Positions 44,695 through 48,728 of a stretch of DNA of 48,728 nt are shown piece by piece. The notes below the pieces were generated by a model. It ran no database searches. It was not told the origin of the DNA and worked only from the letters and a program-made list of their open reading frames with translations. The DNA is taken from assembly GCA_016712315.1 (NCBI GenBank), contig JADJRG010000022.1, positions 1,122,522-1,171,249 of the forward strand, in the 5' to 3' direction. This stretch comes from Nannocystis sp. (GTDB lineage: Bacteria > Myxococcota_A > Polyangia > Nannocystales > Nannocystaceae). A program made the position numbers and the translations under genes. Positions within the stretch are counted from its first letter, which is position 1. The number at the start of each line of letters is the position of its first letter.

Positions 44695-45927
44695 GTGGCC
44701 GAGCTACGTTTCTACTACGACATCGTCTGCCCCTACGCCTACCTCGCGTCGATGCAGGTCGAAGCGCTCGCCGCCCGCGTCGGCGCCGAGCTCCAGTGGC
44801 GGCCAGTCCTGCTCGGCGGCCTCTTCCGCGCCGCCAGCGCCCCCAGCCCCCGCCGCCGCGATGAGCCCGCCTCGCGCCCGCTACAACCTGCTCGACCTCC
44901 AGCGCTGGGCCGACCGCTGGGGCGTCCCGCTCACCTTCCCGGCTGCGCACCCGCGCCGCACCGTCGAGGCCATGCGCCTGCTCACCGCCGTCGACCACCA
45001 GCCGAAGCGCGTCGAGCTTCAGCCGCGCGCTCTTCCGCGCCTACTGGGCCGACGGACTCGACGTCAGCGACCGCGCCGTCCTCGCCGAGCTCGCCCGCCG
45101 CGTCGGCGTCGATCCTGACCTTATGGACAGCCAGACCGCCCGCGACGGCCTCTTCGCCAGCACCGCCGAGGCCGCCCAGCTCGGCGCCTTCGGCGTGCCG
45201 GCCCTCGCCGTCGGCGATCGCCTCTGGTGGGGGGCAAGACCGCCTGCACTTCGTCGAGGCCGCGCTCGGCGGCCAGCCGCCACGCCCCGGCGATCGCCCG
45301 ATCGACCCCCGCGGAGCCCGCCGAGATCGATCTCTTCTTCGACTTCTCCAGCCCCTTCGCCTACCTCGCCGCCACCCAGATCGAGCGGATCGCCGCCGCC
45401 CACCGCGCCCGCGTGTGTTGGCGGCCGATCCTCCTCGGCGCCCTCTTCCGCGAGCTCGGCACCCCTGACGTCCCCTCTCTTCACCACAGGCCGGGCCAAG
45501 CAGCGCTACATGCTCCGCGACCTCAACGACTGGGCCGCGCTCTGGCGCGTCCCCTTTCGTTTCCCCAGCCACTTCCCGATCCGCACCGTCGTCCCCCTCC
45601 GCCTCGCCCCCTGCTCGATCCCGCCCTGATCCTCCCGCTCTTCCACGCCTGCTGGGCCGAAGACCGCGCGATCGACGACCCCGCCGTCCTCGCCGAGCTC
45701 CTGCGGGCCGCCGGACATGACCCCGAGGACATGCTCCGACGCGCCGAGGATCCCGCGATCAAGGCCGCCCTCCGCCACAACACCGAGGCCGCCCGCGAGG
45801 CCGGGCTGCTGCGGCGTCCCCAGCATGGTCGTCCGTCGCCCCCACAGCCCGCCGGTGCTGCTCTGGGGCAAGATCGCCTCGGCATGTTAGAGGACGTGCT
45901 CGCCGGCTGGCAGCCCCCCGCGGCTGA
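44695..45927 (+). pseudogene. Tandem DsbA-like thioredoxin-fold domains of the 2-hydroxychromene-2-carboxylate isomerase family (fused or adjacent), with multiple frameshifts
   Basis: Domain 1 is FYYDIVCPYAYLA ... GVPALAVGDRLWWGQDRLHFVEA. Domain 2 is FFDFSSPFAYLAATQIERI ... EAAREAG. The fragments are spread over ORFs 44695, 44861, 45123 and 45227. Confidence 0.5.
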
Positions 45928-45950
45928 GCCCACCTCCGGCCTTTGGCCGC

Positions 45951-48263
45951 TCAGCAGTCGTTCGTCGAGCAGATCACCCACCCGTGGTACTGCACGTTGT
46001 TGTTCGCGTCGTTCCAGCCGCCCTGGATCCCGCAGCCCTCGTTCCACTTGTAGATCCGATAGTTCACGTTGTTGTCGCCGTTCGGCTCGAAGCCCCCGCA
46101 CGCGACGTCGCCGTTGCCGTTGTCGGTCATCCAGAAGGTGCACGGCTGGCCCTTGCAGCGGCCCGTCCAGTTGAAGATGTTCTGCGCGCCGTTGTACTTC
46201 GGGAACACGTTGTAGAGGTTCGGCACCACGTTGCCGTTCCACGTGTGAATCGACTGCGCCAGCGCCTTCGTCCGCGGCACGATCACCTCCATCCCCGCCG
46301 CCGCGCGTTCCGTTGTACGCGCGTCCTGATTGCTCCCCAGCGCCCCGTCGTTGAAGCGCACCATCGTGTAGCCGCAGGCGCCCAGCCCCATCTCGCAGCG
46401 CACCGTCAGCAGCGCGATCGGCCCCGCGCCGTCCGGATCGATCACATACAGGCCCGTCGGCGTCCCCGGCGCCGCGATCTTCCAGCGTGTTGCAGCTCGT
46501 CGGGTGCACGCACTTACCCGCAGACCACACCCCCGTCGCGCAGTCCGCGTTCACCGTACAGCTCCCGTTCGGCCCGCGCTTCGGGCAGCTCCCTCCACCA
46601 GTCGACGTCGCTCTCGCCGCCGTTCTTGAACCCGTCCCCGCAGGTCGGCGGCTTGCACATGTTCGTGCACCCGTCGTTGTTCGACTGATTGGCGTCATCG
46701 CACTGCTCGACCCCTTGATACACGAAGCCGTCCCCCCAGGCCGCCGCCTGGCAGGAGTTCAAGCAGGCGTTGTTGTTGCTCTGGTCGCCGTCGTCGCACT
46801 GCTCGCCGTTGCTCGGCTGGACGAAGCCGTCCCCGCAGCTCGGCAGCGTGCGGTTCAGCTTACACGCCCCCGTGTTGCTGTTGTTGACCCCCGCGTCGCA
46901 CTGCTCCCCGGCTGCTTGACCCCGTCGCCGCAATCTGCCAGCTTGCACACGTTCGTACAGCGTCCTCGTTGCTCTCGTTCCCGTCGTCACGCACGCCTCT
47001 CCGGGCCCTTGGTCGCCGTCGCCGCAGACATTCAGCACACAGCCTGTCCGGCACGACTTCCCTGGCCCGTTGTTCACCCGTCGTCGCACTGCTCCACCCC
47101 TTGGTGGACGAACCCGTCGCCGCAGGCCGCCAGCTCACAAGGCGAGCGTACAAGCGCCGCCGTTGCTGTTCGCCCCGCCGAGGTCGCACGCCTCGTTCCA
47201 GGCTCGCCTGAACGAAGCCGTCCACAGCTCAGGGGGGGGATAGTACACGCGCGTCCCGATGCGCCGTCGTCGTTATCGCCGTCAACCCCGTCATCGCAGC
47301 CCCTCCCACCGGGTCGACGATCTGGTTACCGGCAGCCCTCGGCACGCAGCTGGCCGAGCAGCCGTCACCCCCGGCGCGTTGTTGCCGTCATCCCGCTGCT
47401 CCTTCGGGCTCTTATCGCCGTCCCGCACGTTCACCTTACACATCGCGTTGCAGAGCTGTCCTGGCCCGTTGTTATCGCCGCTGTCACACTCCCACCGCCC
47501 CGTCGCCGGTGTTGTAGATGGCCCCGTCGCCGCACGTTGACCGCGCACACGTTCGCATTGCACGCCGCGTTCTGCGAGTTATTGACCCCGTCATCGCGGC
47601 CCTCGCCGGCCCCTGGCTGCACAAACCCCATCGCCGCAGGGCGCGTTCGTGCACGCGTCCGTGCACATATCTGTGTTATCGGCGTTTCCGTCGTCGCACT
47701 CCTCAAAGGCTGAGACCTCGCCGTCGCCGCACGAGATCAACTTGCAAGCGTTCGAGCAGGCGTCGTCGTCGTCGCTGTTGCCGTCATCACAGCCCTCACC
47801 TGGCCCTTATCGCCGTCGCCGCAGACATTGTTCACGTACAATCCGCCTTGCACGAGCTCCTGGGCCGTTGAACGCGCCGTCATACACTCCTCACCTGGGC
47901 CCGCGTCCCCGTCGCCGCAGCTATTCTTCGCGCACATCGTAATTTTGCGGCTGCCCCGGGCCGTTCTTCGCCCCGTCATCGCAGGACTCCCCGGGGTCGA
48001 GCACCCCGTCGCCGCACTCTGGATCCCCACGCTCGGATCCACCGCCGTCGTCGGCCCATCGTCGCGCTGTCAGACACCCCGTGCTCTCGCTCGTCGACGT
48101 CGTCGTCGTGCTCAGCATCGTCGTCGTCACCGGCCCCGTCGACGTGTCGACCGTCATGCCGGATCCCTCCGTCGCGCTCGCCGCGGTCTCCGTCGCGCGC
48201 CGCTGCCCGCCAACGCCGCCGCAACCGCCAGCGCGCCGAAACCGCCAGTCGGAACCGCCGCAT
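45951..48263 (-). pseudogene. Large secreted protein with an S/T-rich linker, multiple Myxococcus-type cysteine-rich repeats (CGDG...EQCDDGN...C) and a C-terminal beta-trefoil (ricin-B-like) lectin domain; heavily frameshifted
   Basis: Repeats such as CGDGFVQPSNGEQCDDGDQSNNNACLNSC occur in several minus-strand ORFs (46514..47089, 47291..47563, 47431..47706, 47737..48042, 47921..48157). The C-terminal ORF 45951..46445 has W-containing QxW-like triplet repeats (HTWNGN, FNWTG, YKWNEG, YHGWV). The signal-like N-terminus near 48200 is split over three frames. Confidence 0.55.
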
Positions 48264-48728
48264 ACACGCTCACTCCCGCTGCGCCGATCCCGAGCGACCG
48301 AGGGCGCGGATCCTCACCACCGTACCCAGGTCGCCGATCCCCGCGTCAGGCCACCCCTACCACCCGCGCGCGCAGCGAGGCGCGAGAGCGCGCGAGCGTT
48401 CGCGCCGCGCTCCGCTCGCCCGTGCGGCCCTTCGGCTCCATCGCCGCGATCCACTCGCGGATCAGCGCCGCCCCGCGGGTCCGGCGCGAGCCCGCCCAGC
48501 TCCTGGCATCTTTACGTCGGGCTCCGTGTGCTCCATCCGGAACACGAGATCGGCGCGTCTGGATCGCCCGGCACGATGTCCATAACTCCAGCCCCCGCGC
48601 CGTTCCTGCGGCCACCGGCGCTGCAGATCCCCAGCCGCAAGGATCCTCGACCGACCACTGAAGCCACAGTCGAGCTCTGCGCGTCGCCGCCCTCGCGGCG
48701 GTGGCAAGGCGCGCAGTTGCTGTCCATG

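Noticed and set aside
48264-48728. Short ORFs at the window end (48346..48615, 48462..48707, 48512..48727)
   Set aside because: The translations are Arg/Gly-rich and low-complexity. No coding signature was recognised. The region is probably the upstream region of the large cysteine-rich-repeat gene.

Overview
This 48.7-kb window is very GC-rich (about 70% or more) and looks myxobacterial. Supporting signs include Ser/Thr kinases fused to STAND-ATPase, TPR and FGE-sulfatase domains, Myxococcus-type cysteine-rich repeats, and many lipoproteins with low-complexity linkers. From 0 to about 31 kb the genes read cleanly. They include an M1 aminopeptidase, tsaE, a small histone-fold-like protein, an orphan CoA-transferase B subunit, tRNA-Lys(CUU), a di-haem cytochrome c peroxidase, gor, a predicted pseudokinase, a WNGVR-repeat lipoprotein, a large STAND Ser/Thr kinase, a hybrid histidine kinase, a CBS protein and a TetR/hydrolase pair. 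They also include a fibrinogen-like lipoprotein, a secreted peptidoglycan hydrolase with SLT and Amidase_2 domains, and a same-strand run of five genes (MEMO1-like, SDR, crotonase, a transglutaminase-like Cys-His-Asp protein and a C11 clostripain-like lipoprotein). From about 31.7 kb to the end, almost every gene is broken by one or more frameshifts at short homopolymer runs. The affected genes are the C11 peptidase tail, a beta-propeller lipoprotein, a 6TM Kv channel, a DMGDH-family oxidoreductase, a LysM/M74 endopeptidase, an MdpB-like tail-collar protein, a Methyltransf_16 methyltransferase, a tandem DsbA-like isomerase, and a large secreted protein with cysteine-rich repeats and a lectin domain. 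This pattern suggests a sequence-quality problem or a pseudogene-rich stretch. The most interesting candidates are the transglutaminase-like/C11 peptidase pair, the pseudokinase / repeat-lipoprotein / STAND-kinase cluster, secreted hydrolases that could serve predation, and a pair of 33-bp direct repeats that each carry a perfect palindrome. No CRISPR array, rRNA or clear mobile element was found.
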